64,000 nucleotides of DNA from contig JBKAGE010000081.1 in assembly GCA_046290225.1 (NCBI GenBank), positions 32,001 to 96,000 on the forward strand, written 5' to 3'. The notes under the pieces were generated by a model. That model did no database searches. It was not told where the DNA came from and saw only the letters and a program-made list of their open reading frames with translations. This document shows, in pieces, positions 1 through 10,786 of the stretch (positions within the stretch are counted from its first letter, which is position 1; every line of letters starts with the position of its first letter). This stretch comes from Bradymonadia bacterium (GTDB lineage Bacteria > Myxococcota_A > Bradymonadia > UBA7976 > UBA1532). A program made the position numbers and the translations under genes.

Positions 1-488
1 CCTGCCTCGAGTACAGGGTCGTCCGTGGGCTCGTGGTGAGCTGCCCGGGCGAGCAGGGTCTCGGCGAGGCGCTCCTGGTGGTCGTAGTAACGCCGCAGGT
101 AGAGCCGGTGGGCATTGTCGAGCACGAGGGGGGCGATCTCGGTGATGCCACCTTCATGGGTGTGGGTGGCCACCGATGAGGTGTCGACGAGCGGGCTCGC
201 CACGAGGGCGGCGAGCCACGTGTCGAGATCGGGCCACGCGTAGTCGGGGAGTGGATCGGCCTCGCCGATGGCCACTGTGTGCCCCGCCACCTGAGGCAGC
301 TCGAGGCACACGTGCCCATGGCGGGTCTGTCGACTCACCAGCGCTGCGGCGAGGGCCACGGGATCGTCCGGCGCCTCGGAGATGGCCTTGGGGGCGATGT
401 GGTGCAAGCTCCGGGCGAAGTGCAGATCGAGGGCGTCGAAGATCTCTGCCTCACCGAGCACGTCGAGGGTGGCGGGCTTGGGGCTCAC
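1..488 (-). CDS. recD: Exodeoxyribonuclease V alpha subunit, N-terminal part (runs off window start)
   Basis: Hand translation from GTG at 488: ...DALDLHFAR...ALAAALVS...GHVCLEL...PLVLD...RLYLRRYY, typical of the RecD N-terminus; starts 1 nt after the recB stop. Confidence 0.9.
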   Translation of the reverse strand, partial: MSPKPATLDVLGEAEIFDALDLHFARSLHHIAPKAISEAPDDPVALAAALVSRQTRHGHVCLELPQVAGHTVAIGEADPLPDYAWPDLDTWLAALVASPLVDTSSVATHTHEGGITEIAPLVLDNAHRLYLRRYYDHQERLAETLLARAAHHEPTDDPVLEA

Positions 489-489
489 G

Positions 490-3400
490 TCAGGCTCCCG
501 TGGGGGTCAGTTGATGGATCGAAGGGTCTGCGAGGGTGGCGGAGAGGGTCTCGATGAGTCGCCGTGGCGGACGATCGGCGAAGACGCCGTGGGTGTGCCC
601 CGAGTCGGGGTGCATCCCCCGAATGAACAGGTAGTAGGCGCCGCCGAAGTGGGTGTCATAGTCGTAGTGATCGAGGCGCACCTTCAGGTGGCGATGCAGG
701 GCCACGGCATAGAGGTGGTACTGCAGAAAATAGTCCCCCTCTATCATCGCCTCCACCATGTGCTCTTCGGTGTAATCCGAATAGGTCTCGCCGAGATGGT
801 TCGACTTGTAGTCCACCACGTACCAGAGCCCGTCGTGCTCGAAGACGAGATCCATGAAGCCCTTCATGAAGCCCTCGAGGGGTACGAAGCGCATGGCCTC
901 GAGGCGATCGATGTAGGCCGTGGGGACCTTCGACTCCGGCGCCGCCCGGAAGGCTGCGGCGAGGGCAGGCCCCGTGAGCCGGGCAGGCTCTGGTCCTGGC
1001 GCTGAGGGCGGGTGATGGGCCACGGGCAGCACGAAGGGCAGCTCGTCGAGGCGTTTGCTCTGGGGCAGCTGCCGCAGAGTGAGGGCCTCAGGGCCCGCGT
1101 GCAGGGGGGTATCGAGAGAGGCGGACAAGCCTTCAGCGACGATGGGGCCCCACTCGTCCTGATCGTAACCGAAGCGACGCAAGCGCTCCCGGGCGACGCG
1201 CTCGAGCTCCTCAGTGCCGGGGATCTGGAAGTCCGACAGCTCATAGATGGCGTGCAGCATGGTCCCTGGCCTGGCCCCCTTGGGGAAGTCGGCGAGGATC
1301 ACCCGAGGGCCCTCCGGGGCCTCTTCGGGGTTCAACACAGCGTGTACATCGAGTGCAGGGGCCTCAGGCTCGTCGTCGTGAATCGCCAGATCGACGTCGG
1401 CGACGGCGTGGGCGTCCGCAGAGACCACCAGCCCCGAGAAGCTGCTCATGCGCCAGAAGTTCTCTTCGATGCGATGGATGGGTCGGGCTCCGGTGAGCCC
1501 CGAGGACGCCCTCCGTGGCGCATACGGAGGCGCAGGGGTGAAGTTCAGGGCCCTGACTTCCACAGCGGGCAGCCCCACGTCGCCCTTCGACGCCTGTACG
1601 AGACGCTGCAGATCGCGGCGGATGCCGTCGTCGTCGAGGGCCTTGAAGCGGGCGCGGGTGGCCTGATTCACCGGGTGGTGCCCCATGCCGCTCGGGTTCA
1701 TCGGCGGCAGGGTGGCGGCGTCGTCAGGCTGGTGAATCAAATGGGCCAGAGGTGAGCCCTCGGCCCCCTCGAAGGCTCCCCAGATGAAGGTGCAGGCGTG
1801 CTGCGCCCGGGTGAGGGCCACATAGGCGAGGCGCAGGCTCTCGGCGTGGGCCTCCCAGCGCGCTTGTTGCAGATGCACCTCGTGGTCGCTCGAGCCCAGA
1901 TCGAGCTTCAGTTTGTGCCCGTCACGCGGATCGTGGAACCGCAGCCAGGTTTGATCAGCGGCGAAGAGGTCGCTGCCGTCCCACAGGTAGGGGCAGTACA
2001 CGATGGGGTACTCGAGGCCCTTGCTCTTGTGCATCGTCAGGATGCGCACAGCTTTGGTATCGCTCTCGAGGCGCAGCTGCGTGCTCTCCGGAGGCAACCC
2101 TGCCCGGGCGGGGCCTACGGCCCGTACATCCGAGAGCCAGTAGATGAGGCCGGTCATGCCCAGGCGCTGCTCCGTAGAGACCTTGTGCAGCAGCTCGGCG
2201 AGGTGCAGGTAGTTCGTCAGGCGGCGCTCGCCGTCCACCCAGGCCAGCAGACGGCGCTGAACACCGAGCGTGTCCATCATGCGGCGAAAGGCCTGGATGA
2301 AGCCGGCGTCGCGCCAGATCTCGTGCCACGCCTGAAAGCGCTCCAGCCACTCGTCCCACTGCCCCTCGCCCTCAGGGCCCGAGAGCGCCAGCAGATCTCC
2401 GGCGTCGAGGCCCACCAGGGGGGTGGTGAGGGCCACCTTCACCCGGTTGGCGTGGCCCGGATCTGCCAGAGCCTGCATGACCCGGCTCAGCTCCTCAGCT
2501 TCTGGCGTCTCCAGCACGCTGGCCTCACCCTGCAGCACGCTGGGGATGCTCAGCGCCCGCAGGGCCTTTTGAATCTGCGTGCCCTGAACGTTCTTGCGGA
2601 CCAGCACCGCCACGTCGCCGGGCTCCACCGGCTCTTCGTCGCCGTTCTTCTTCTTGAGCGTAGCCTTGCCGTTGAGCAGGCGGGCGATCTCCGAGGCCAC
2701 GACATCGGGGATGCGCTCCTCGGCCCAGCCTCGCTTGATGGGCTTCTCTTCAGGGAGCGGATCTTTACGCTCGAGGAACAACACCCTCAGGGGTGGCCGC
2801 TCGGCCTGGTCGCCGCCGAGGCGATCGAACGCTCGGGGGCTGTGCTTCACCGGGGTGAAGTCGATCTTCGGGGTGAGGAACGGATCGACGGCGAGGCCAA
2901 AGAGGGCGTTGAGCCCACGGATCAGCGTCGGATCGGAGCGCCAGTTGGTGGCCAGGGTGTAGCCCTCGCCCTCAGCATCGTCCACGGCCTCCAAGTAGGC
3001 GAAGATGTCAGCGCCGCGGAAGGCGTAGATGGCCTGCTTTGGATCCCCGATCATGAACATGGGGATCTCGGCGTCGTGGAACAGCGTGCGGAAGATGTTG
3101 TACTGCGTCGGATCTGTGTCCTGGAACTCGTCGATGAGGGCCACCTTGTAGCGGCCCTGGATCGCCCGGGCGAGGGCATGACGCCCCTGAGACTTCTCCC
3201 GCATCAGAGCGTCTTCGAGCTGTTGGAGCAGATCGTCGAAGGACTGCGTGTGGTGCACGTGCTGGCGGCGCTTGAGCTCCCGCACGGTGTAGTCCCGCAG
3301 GTCGAGCTTGAACTGCAGCAGCCTGATCTCGAGGGCCTCGCGCAGGGCCTCACCGGCCTTCAGCAGATCAGCGCAGGCATCGAAGAAGGCGTGGGTGGGG

Positions 3401-4302
3401 GTGGTCTTCTTGGCCTTGGTGCAGCTGGTCAGCTCGTCGGGCGTGAACCGCGAGAACCGGTCGAAGAGGCTCGGCGTCGGCGGTGGCGCTCCGAAGAGCA
3501 GGGCGTCCATGGCCACGAGCCATTTGGCCACATAGTCTTTGCGGTACTGCGTACCCTTGAGATCTCCAGCGGTGAGCAGGGCCTCCACCTGGTCTCGGGT
3601 GCCGTCGGCCTGCCAGAGCTTCGAAGCGTTGTGCCACGCCGCGCGCCACTCGGTCACCGCCACCTCGTGGGTGTCGTCCGGCGGGGTGTGGGCGGGCAGC
3701 ACCGGCATCTTGGGCTTGCCCGCCACCCGGGCCACGAGGCCTTGCAGAGTCCGCGGAGTCATACGCTGCTGCTGCAGGTAGCGCACGAAACCCGGGGGGG
3801 CCTGATAGGTGGCCCGAGCCCAGAAGTCGTGCACGATCTCCTCGAAGATGGGGCGCTGATCCTGAACCAGCTCGGCGTTGAACATCACCCCGGACTCGAA
3901 GGCGTTCTCCTGCAACATGCGCTGGCAGAAGCCGTGGATCGTGAAGACCGCCGCTTCGTCGAAGCGTCGCAGTGCGTCACCGAGTCGCAGGGCGTCGGCT
4001 TCGCGGTCGACGCTGGCCTTCGCCAGGGCCACCAGATCGGGGTCGAGATCGTCGTCATCCAGGTCATGGCGCTCGAAGATGCCCAGGCAGTCACCGAGCC
4101 GGCTGCGGATGCGATCGCGCAGCTCCGCCGTCGCTGCTCGAGAGAAGGTCACCACCAGTACTTGCTCCACGGGCAGCTGCTTTTCGAGCAGGATGCGCAG
4201 GAACAAGTTGGTCATGGTGTAGGTCTTGCCAGTGCCGGCGCTCGCCTGGATCACGTGGGTGCCGTCGAGCTGCACCGTCATCAGTTCGAGAGGTGTAGCC
4301 AT
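490..4302 (-). CDS. recB: Exodeoxyribonuclease V beta subunit (SF1 helicase + nuclease)
   Basis: ASAGTGKT, DEFQD, GDPKQAIYAFRGAD, TMHKSKGLEY, YVALTRA; C-terminal nuclease DLVF...VVDYKSN. Confidence 0.97.
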   Translation of the reverse strand: MATPLELMTVQLDGTHVIQASAGTGKTYTMTNLFLRILLEKQLPVEQVLVVTFSRAATAELRDRIRSRLGDCLGIFERHDLDDDDLDPDLVALAKASVDREADALRLGDALRRFDEAAVFTIHGFCQRMLQENAFESGVMFNAELVQDQRPIFEEIVHDFWARATYQAPPGFVRYLQQQRMTPRTLQGLVARVAGKPKMPVLPAHTPPDDTHEVAVTEWRAAWHNASKLWQADGTRDQVEALLTAGDLKGTQYRKDYVAKWLVAMDALLFGAPPPTPSLFDRFSRFTPDELTSCTKAKKTTPTHAFFDACADLLKAGEALREALEIRLLQFKLDLRDYTVRELKRRQHVHHTQSFDDLLQQLEDALMREKSQGRHALARAIQGRYKVALIDEFQDTDPTQYNIFRTLFHDAEIPMFMIGDPKQAIYAFRGADIFAYLEAVDDAEGEGYTLATNWRSDPTLIRGLNALFGLAVDPFLTPKIDFTPVKHSPRAFDRLGGDQAERPPLRVLFLERKDPLPEEKPIKRGWAEERIPDVVASEIARLLNGKATLKKKNGDEEPVEPGDVAVLVRKNVQGTQIQKALRALSIPSVLQGEASVLETPEAEELSRVMQALADPGHANRVKVALTTPLVGLDAGDLLALSGPEGEGQWDEWLERFQAWHEIWRDAGFIQAFRRMMDTLGVQRRLLAWVDGERRLTNYLHLAELLHKVSTEQRLGMTGLIYWLSDVRAVGPARAGLPPESTQLRLESDTKAVRILTMHKSKGLEYPIVYCPYLWDGSDLFAADQTWLRFHDPRDGHKLKLDLGSSDHEVHLQQARWEAHAESLRLAYVALTRAQHACTFIWGAFEGAEGSPLAHLIHQPDDAATLPPMNPSGMGHHPVNQATRARFKALDDDGIRRDLQRLVQASKGDVGLPAVEVRALNFTPAPPYAPRRASSGLTGARPIHRIEENFWRMSSFSGLVVSADAHAVADVDLAIHDDEPEAPALDVHAVLNPEEAPEGPRVILADFPKGARPGTMLHAIYELSDFQIPGTEELERVARERLRRFGYDQDEWGPIVAEGLSASLDTPLHAGPEALTLRQLPQSKRLDELPFVLPVAHHPPSAPGPEPARLTGPALAAAFRAAPESKVPTAYIDRLEAMRFVPLEGFMKGFMDLVFEHDGLWYVVDYKSNHLGETYSDYTEEHMVEAMIEGDYFLQYHLYAVALHRHLKVRLDHYDYDTHFGGAYYLFIRGMHPDSGHTHGVFADRPPRRLIETLSATLADPSIHQLTPTGA

Positions 4303-7300
4303 CAGCGGACCTCCCGATGGGCCAGCAGGGGCGACCAGACCTGGAGCGACAAGTCAGAGAAGCTCGGATCCTGCTCGCCAGGGTACAGCTTCACCCCAGG
4401 GCGGAGCGGATCCGAAGTGCCGAGGATCAGCTGGAAGTGCACGTCGTCGGCCTCTCCTGATCGGAATCGATCGAACATCATCTTGCGTGCCCCACCGAGG
4501 GCGGTGTCGTGGGCCTCGTCATCAGTGGCCCCTTTGGCTTTCTTCTTCAGGAAGCTCTCGGCGTAGGCGAGCCCCGAGCGGGGGAACAGCCGCAGCGGTC
4601 GGGTGAGCCCCAACCGATACAGCCTCAACAGGTCAGCAAGGCAGGCCCAGGAGTCTTCGACAGCGCTGAAGGCCACTGTAGAGGCCTGACCGCCGCTCAG
4701 CCCGATGAGAGCCGTCTCTCGGGGGCGGTTCTCTGGGGCGGCGCAGCTGTAGACCACATGGCGGACCCACTGGCTGAGCTGGTGTCTGGCGCTGGGGCGA
4801 CCAAAGCGTGCCTTTGCCTGACCTTTGGGCCACTGGTCCGGCAGCATGCCCACGAGGCGGGCCTCAGCCCCGGCGCCGAGATTGAGGCGCAGATCCACGG
4901 GCAGATCATCGAGAGGGTCAGCCCCGCCCACGTAAGGGGCTGCGGCCCGAGCTACAGAGAGCACTTCGGGCACCAGGCGCTCGTAGGCCAGATGGCCCAC
5001 GGTGCCGAGGGGAAGCGCGCCGCTCCCTTGCATGGCGTCTCGCAAGGCGGAGAGATCCTGCCCGGCGAGAGCGGCGTCGAGCAATCGCGTGCCCAGCTGA
5101 TATCGGGCCAGGGCACGGATCTCCATGGGCTCGCGATCTTCGAGAGCGTCTTCTCGACCCCGCACGTTGATGTCGAGCCGGCGCCGGGCGAGGGTGCGCA
5201 AGGGTTGAGCGAAGAAGCTGGTGAGATCGTCGAGGCTGACCTCGAGCACCGGCACCTCGGCTGGGGTCGAGCCCCCAATCGCGCCTCCGGGGAGTGGCTC
5301 CTCCGCACGTACGAGGAGCCCGGGCACGAAGGGCGGTGGCGGCACACGCGGGCCCCGAACGTGTCGGGCACCGGCGGCGTCGGCAGCGCGATAGCTGAAC
5401 ATGCGCGGATCGTCGGCCTCGGCGCCGAAATACCTGGGGCTGAAGGGCTGCAGCGGGTGCCGCACCACCACCCGGCCACGGATCGCCTCGCGGGCCTGCT
5501 CCGCCTGCAGCGCGTTGCGCAGACCCTCGGTGGTCACGCCAGGGGGATCAAAAGACTCGCCGAGGGTGTCGAGCAGCTCGTTGATGACCGGCGAGGGTGG
5601 CCGCTCGGTGTTGTCCTGGATACTGCGCCCCGTGTAGGTGATCACCAGCCGACGTCGGGCGCAGGTGAGGGCCTGCAAGAAGGCGTACCGGTCCGAATCT
5701 CGGAGCGTGCGATCGCCGAGGCGGGCCTTCCAGGCGATGCGATCGAAGTTCAGGGTGCGCTTCATCCGGGGCCACGCGTCGTCGTTCATGCCCATGACGC
5801 AGACCACTTCGAAGGGCACACAGCGCAATGGCCCCAGGGCGCAGAAGGTGATGCCCGACTGGCGGTATCCGAAGGCCTCGCGCCCTTCGGAAAACTCGGC
5901 GTTGAGCCGTGCCTGGATCACCTCGAGAGGCACCGGCTGCTCGAAGCCCGCCAGCACCGCCTCCTCACCCATATCGAGGATGATGTGGCGGACCACCTGG
6001 CGCTGCCAGTCGTTCTTGTGGGGGTGGCCGATCATGCGTTCCACGAGATCGGCGAGGTAGTCGGACCACTGGGCCGGTGACCGTAGGGCGTCGAGATCGC
6101 TCTTCAGGGTGAACAGACTCTCGCAGAAGTCGGCGAACCGGCCCAGCAGAGCGGCGTCTGCCCCTTCCATGTCGTCGAAGGGCAGCACCCCGGAGAACAT
6201 GGCCCCGCGATCCTCGCCAGCCATGGCGTAGCCCAGCAACAAACGATTGAGGCCGAAGCGCCAGGTGTTCTCATCGAAGCGGGGCTGCCCCTGCTCCACC
6301 CGGTGGTCGCCGTTGATGCCCCATCTGATCCCCGCCTCGGCCACCCAGGTGCGCAGGCGATCCATGTCCTCGCCGCCGATCATGAACCGGGTGCGGATCG
6401 GCTCGATGCTCAGCAAGTCGAGCACATCGCTCGCCGCCATGCGGCTGCGCAGCGTGTCGATGATGGCCGAGAAGGCGTCGACGGCCTTGTTCGCCGAGCG
6501 GAAGCTGCGATCGGTGATCTTGTAGGGCAGGTGTCCGGGTGTGCCTGGCGCCCCTGCGCCGCCGAATACGGCCTCGATGAACGGCGCGTATGTCTCTACA
6601 TCGGGCATCATCACCACGATGTCTCTGGGGGCGAGGCTGGGATCCTGTTCGAGGGCGAAGAGGATCTGATCCCGCACTGCCTCGACCTCGCGCATGGCGC
6701 TGTGGCACGCGTGCACGCCGACGCTGACGTCGCCTTCGGTGAAGGGCAGGGGGGTGGGGCCGGTATCCTCGGTGTCACGAGGGCGGCGGCGGGCGAGGTG
6801 CAGGATGTCGGACTGCAATACCCCGAGAAGGGAGTCGCCGAGCGTGCCCAGCTGCGGATCGACGTAGAGCGAGTCGTCGTCTTCTTCGTAGTCCGGGGCG
6901 ATCTCTTCCAGGGTGCCCTGGAAGTCGCGGCCGAGGCGGCCGAGGGCGGCGAGCATGCGGGGGCCGTCGGTGAACAGGCTCTCGTCGAGGCTCACCGAAA
7001 CCTCAACCTCGGGATCTCGTACCCGGCGGGCCCGCTCCGATCGCAGATCTGCCCAGTACTCCTGGCTGGGGCTGAGCACGAACAGATGCAACTCGGTGAG
7101 CCCGTCGATGGCCTTGAGCATCGACAAAAAGAGCGGGGGCATGGCGCTGATGCCGAAGACGCACACGCGATCGGGCAGCCGGTCGGGCCGCGGGCGCTCG
7201 CCGGCGGCGATGGCCTCTGCGGCCTGGGCGAAGGCTCGAGCCTGGGCGGCGAGGTGCACGCTGCCATGGCGGGCTACCAGCGCCCGCCACAAGATCGCCT

Positions 7301-7766
7301 GCCAGTCTTCCTCGTCTTCACCGGCCTCCCAGTCGAGCATCATCTGGGGCCGGAACACGAGGTAGCTGTAGAAGGTGTCCGCCACCTGAGCGGAGATCTG
7401 GGCCTGCTTGATGCCCAGCGGATCGTCTCGCAGATAGTTGTTGAGCACTGCAAAGGGGGCCGTGGCCCGCAGATCGGGCAGCAAGGCCGAGATCGACCAC
7501 TGCATCACCCGCTGCGTGAAGGGATTGTGCTCGTCGAGATCGAGCACGATGGCGAAGAGCTCTTTGATCAGGTGCCCGAAGAAGGGGAACCTCGGGTTGG
7601 CCCAGACCCCGAGGCGGTGGGCCAGCTCCATGGAGAGCCAGTGCTCCAAACCTCGGCTTTCCACGGCGATCAGCTCTGGGAGGAACGGATCACCTTGAGG
7701 GCGCGCCACCACCTTGACCAGGGCGTCGAGGAGGGGCTCCATCTGATTGCTGCGGTGCACGTACAT
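4302..7766 (-). CDS. recC: Exodeoxyribonuclease V gamma subunit
   Basis: N-terminal HRSNQMEPL, CHSAMREVE, RDIVVMMPDVETYAPFIEAVF, DRYAFLQAL, HPLQPFS; stop overlaps the recB start. Confidence 0.95.
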   Translation of the reverse strand: MYVHRSNQMEPLLDALVKVVARPQGDPFLPELIAVESRGLEHWLSMELAHRLGVWANPRFPFFGHLIKELFAIVLDLDEHNPFTQRVMQWSISALLPDLRATAPFAVLNNYLRDDPLGIKQAQISAQVADTFYSYLVFRPQMMLDWEAGEDEEDWQAILWRALVARHGSVHLAAQARAFAQAAEAIAAGERPRPDRLPDRVCVFGISAMPPLFLSMLKAIDGLTELHLFVLSPSQEYWADLRSERARRVRDPEVEVSVSLDESLFTDGPRMLAALGRLGRDFQGTLEEIAPDYEEDDDSLYVDPQLGTLGDSLLGVLQSDILHLARRRPRDTEDTGPTPLPFTEGDVSVGVHACHSAMREVEAVRDQILFALEQDPSLAPRDIVVMMPDVETYAPFIEAVFGGAGAPGTPGHLPYKITDRSFRSANKAVDAFSAIIDTLRSRMAASDVLDLLSIEPIRTRFMIGGEDMDRLRTWVAEAGIRWGINGDHRVEQGQPRFDENTWRFGLNRLLLGYAMAGEDRGAMFSGVLPFDDMEGADAALLGRFADFCESLFTLKSDLDALRSPAQWSDYLADLVERMIGHPHKNDWQRQVVRHIILDMGEEAVLAGFEQPVPLEVIQARLNAEFSEGREAFGYRQSGITFCALGPLRCVPFEVVCVMGMNDDAWPRMKRTLNFDRIAWKARLGDRTLRDSDRYAFLQALTCARRRLVITYTGRSIQDNTERPPSPVINELLDTLGESFDPPGVTTEGLRNALQAEQAREAIRGRVVVRHPLQPFSPRYFGAEADDPRMFSYRAADAAGARHVRGPRVPPPPFVPGLLVRAEEPLPGGAIGGSTPAEVPVLEVSLDDLTSFFAQPLRTLARRRLDINVRGREDALEDREPMEIRALARYQLGTRLLDAALAGQDLSALRDAMQGSGALPLGTVGHLAYERLVPEVLSVARAAAPYVGGADPLDDLPVDLRLNLGAGAEARLVGMLPDQWPKGQAKARFGRPSARHQLSQWVRHVVYSCAAPENRPRETALIGLSGGQASTVAFSAVEDSWACLADLLRLYRLGLTRPLRLFPRSGLAYAESFLKKKAKGATDDEAHDTALGGARKMMFDRFRSGEADDVHFQLILGTSDPLRPGVKLYPGEQDPSFSDLSLQVWSPLLAHREVR

Positions 7767-7898
7767 GGCTGCACTATAGGCCGGCCACTCCCCGTGGGCG
7801 AGTCCTTGATGCCACAGCCCTCATCCCCGCCAGGGCTGCCGCCGAATCATGAAGAGGTCGTCACCGGAACCCCCCACCTCTCGCCCCGAAGAAATGCA

Positions 7899-8933
7899 AT
7901 GCTCAGACAGATCTTCGAAGGCTTCAGCCGAAGCAACCGCGTCGAGTCGTCCACCCCCTCCATGTCGCCGGACGATGCGAGTACGCACACCCTCGGCGGG
8001 AGCAAGACCGCCCTCGATCCGGGCTACGGGCAAGGCAACTACAGCCTTGATGCCGACGCACTGACCTTCGCTGATCGAGGGGCGTTGGCTCAGCGGGTGG
8101 TGGAGCACTTCAAGTCGCCGAGCTATCACCCGCCGAGCCTGCCGCCGGTGGCTGCCCAGATCCTGGGCCTCACCAATCGGGCCGACGTGGAGATCAACGA
8201 CATCCTGAAGGTGCTCGAGCAAGACGCCGTGCTCACCGCTGAGGCCTTCAAGGTGGCGAGCTCCGCCGCTTACAGCAGAGGCACTGGCCGGCTGCGCACC
8301 CTGAGAGACGTGGTCATGCGCCTCGGCCTCGAAGGCCTGCGGAATATGGTCCTCGAGGTGGGCCTCAACATGCGGGTGTTCCGGTGCGCCGAGTATCGCG
8401 CCCCCATGGAGCGCTTGAGGCGCCACGCCGTCGCCGTGGGTCAGCTGTCGCGGATCATCTGTCGCTATACCGGCCTCGACGGCGAGTTCGCGTACATGTG
8501 TGGCCTGCTTCACGATCTCGGCTTCGCTGCGGCCCTCCTCGCTCTCGGTGAGGAGAACAAGCGTCGCTCGGCGATGCCCCTCGAGGAGGTCTGGCCCGTG
8601 CTCGAGGCCGCCCACGAGGAGATCACCGCCATCGTGGCCCGCATCTGGGGGGTGCCCGACGAGGTCATCTGGGCCATCGAGCATCACCACAACATCCAGA
8701 CCGGGGGGCGGATACACCCCGTGAGCGCCGTGGTCTACCTCGCGGACATGTGGGTGGTTCCCATGGGCTTCGATGCCCTCGAGTCTGCCCAACGTAAGGC
8801 CAAGGGCGATTACACCCGGCATCAGACCAAGCAGGGCATGCTCCACGCCATCGAGGTGGTGGGACTCACCACAGAGACGATCAGGTTGATCCGGGATGCC
8901 GCCGCCAATGAGCTGGCGGTGGAGGAAGGCTGA
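7899..8933 (+). CDS. HDOD domain protein
   Basis: PSLPPVA, D-x-x-L-T-A, VASSAAY, vv.LG, GLLHDLG, WG.P..V..AI.HHH; ATG at 7899 chosen over the long upstream extension that shadows recC. Confidence 0.85.
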   Translation: MLRQIFEGFSRSNRVESSTPSMSPDDASTHTLGGSKTALDPGYGQGNYSLDADALTFADRGALAQRVVEHFKSPSYHPPSLPPVAAQILGLTNRADVEINDILKVLEQDAVLTAEAFKVASSAAYSRGTGRLRTLRDVVMRLGLEGLRNMVLEVGLNMRVFRCAEYRAPMERLRRHAVAVGQLSRIICRYTGLDGEFAYMCGLLHDLGFAAALLALGEENKRRSAMPLEEVWPVLEAAHEEITAIVARIWGVPDEVIWAIEHHHNIQTGGRIHPVSAVVYLADMWVVPMGFDALESAQRKAKGDYTRHQTKQGMLHAIEVVGLTTETIRLIRDAAANELAVEEG

Positions 8934-8948
8934 GGCCGAAGCGGCCGA

Positions 8949-10634
8949 TCAGCGGCTCAGGGGGGAGCGGGGCCCACCGGGGCCACCGGGGGTGTTCTTC
9001 TTCTTGTTCTTGTCGTACTGGCGCTTGACGATGTCCGAGGCCACCTCGCGGCTGCCGAGGCCGAAGGCCAGAGCCAGGGCCAGGCACAGTGCGCCGAAGA
9101 GCAGCGCAAAGGTCACCAGAACGAAGTCGGAAGCCACGTTGAGCTGCTGCAGGGCCATGGTCACGGCGAAGACCAGGACTGCGGCGCGGGCGGCGGTGGC
9201 CATCCAGCGGGTCGAGGCACCATCCTCGCCCTCAGGGGCCCGGGCGGCGATGAGCTGCTTGACGTAGTTCCCGATCATCAGGCCCACGGCGACGATGAGC
9301 GCGGCGACCAGCAGGTTCCACAAGGTGTAATCGAGGAACCGGTACACCAGAGAGGTCCAGGTCTCCAGGTGAAGGTTCTCCAGGACCTGAGCGGTGGCCA
9401 CCAGGATGATCACCAGCTGCACGATGGCGCCGATGAGGCGGCTGGGGCGATCCACCTTGCCGTTGTCTTCTTCACCCTCGGCGGGCTTGCCCAGGCGGCC
9501 GACGCCCACGCCCATCCGCTCCAGGAAGCCGTCGAAGTCCACGTTGGTGAGCAGACCCTCGACGATGTTGCGCACCACGCGGGCTGCGACCACGCCCACG
9601 GCGAGGATCAGAGCCGAGACGAGCAGGGCGGGGATGAGATCCCAGAAGCGACCCAGCACACCGCCGAGGGCGGTGCTCAGGGCGTCGAGGCCCAGACGGT
9701 CCACGGCGACGGTGACCGCCTGGAAGATGATGATGTAGAAGATCGCCAGGCCCACCACATCGCTGCCCTTGCGGGCGCCGAAGAGCTTGTCGACCTGGAC
9801 CTTCTCCATGAGGCCGTTGAAGCCCATCGACGAGAGCAGGTTGCTCACCACCGCCTGAGCGATGCGACCGAGTACGTAACCCACGAGCACGATGAGGGCG
9901 GCGACGGCCACCACGGGCACCATCTCGATGATCATGTTCAAGGCGTTGCGCAGCGGGCCCGCCACCACCTCGATCTGAAGGGCTTCCATGGCGCCGGCGA
10001 GGCCGATGAGCATCACCAGCCAGAAGATGAGGCTGCCAGCGGTCTCGCTCAGCGGGGTCTTCTCCGCCTCACCGCCGGACATTTGAGCCAGGCGAGCGTC
10101 GGCGTTCACACCCTTGAGGGCCCCGGTGATGATCTTGCGCAGAATCCAGGCTGCGGCCCAGGCCACGACCAGGATCGCCACCGCCTTACCGAGCAGGGGT
10201 AGGTTCTCGATGACCGTGTCCACGAAGCTGCGCAGCGAGCCTGCGGTCTCAGTGAGGCCCGCGAAGTTCAGGGCGGAGATCACCACCAGCAGCATCAAGA
10301 TGTAGTAGACGCTCTTGCTGATGAAGCGCTCGACGGCGTCTTCCGACTTCTTGGGATCAGTGCCCTCGAGGAGCAGGTCGAGCTTGAGCGCCGCGGCGAT
10401 CTTGTTGTCGATCTCGGTCTTGGTGAGGGCCCAGTACACCCCCCGGGACAAGAACTTGGCCAGCAGCCAGCCAAAGAACAGCACCAGCAGGCCGATGAAC
10501 AGCTGCTGCAGCATGTGCCAGGTGGGGCTGCGGGTGAAGTCGTCCCACCAGCCGGCGAAGGCTGGCGCCGGGGCCAGCAGGGTAAAGAGCGCCAGCAGGC
10601 GCGGTGAAAGGCGTTCGGGCGTCGGTGCGCGCAT
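8949..10634 (-). CDS. Conserved TM-helix repeat membrane protein (CmpX / MscS N-terminal-like)
   Basis: Several repeated hydrophobic hairpin units; C-terminal ALALAFGLGSRE. Confidence 0.75.
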   Translation of the reverse strand: MRAPTPERLSPRLLALFTLLAPAPAFAGWWDDFTRSPTWHMLQQLFIGLLVLFFGWLLAKFLSRGVYWALTKTEIDNKIAAALKLDLLLEGTDPKKSEDAVERFISKSVYYILMLLVVISALNFAGLTETAGSLRSFVDTVIENLPLLGKAVAILVVAWAAAWILRKIITGALKGVNADARLAQMSGGEAEKTPLSETAGSLIFWLVMLIGLAGAMEALQIEVVAGPLRNALNMIIEMVPVVAVAALIVLVGYVLGRIAQAVVSNLLSSMGFNGLMEKVQVDKLFGARKGSDVVGLAIFYIIIFQAVTVAVDRLGLDALSTALGGVLGRFWDLIPALLVSALILAVGVVAARVVRNIVEGLLTNVDFDGFLERMGVGVGRLGKPAEGEEDNGKVDRPSRLIGAIVQLVIILVATAQVLENLHLETWTSLVYRFLDYTLWNLLVAALIVAVGLMIGNYVKQLIAARAPEGEDGASTRWMATAARAAVLVFAVTMALQQLNVASDFVLVTFALLFGALCLALALAFGLGSREVASDIVKRQYDKNKKKNTPGGPGGPRSPLSR

Positions 10635-10786
10635 CAGTTCTGATCCTCCCCAAGAGCATTCGAGGTACGACGTGTGGCCCTCATGACCGACATCGACATA
10701 CGAAAGTCACATGATTTTGATCTGGAGGGACTCAAACGCGAGGCGAGGCGAAGCGCAACCCCAAACCCCGGATCAGCGAGGGAACA

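Noticed and set aside
1..7766. recCBD as a novel defence or repair system
   Set aside because: Canonical gene order and motifs
6303..7898. N-terminal extension of the HDOD ORF (similar extensions in the 47073-49808, 52339-54291 and 45779-47056 ORFs)
   Set aside because: Extensions overlap other well-supported genes; downstream starts fit RBS or signal-peptide positions better
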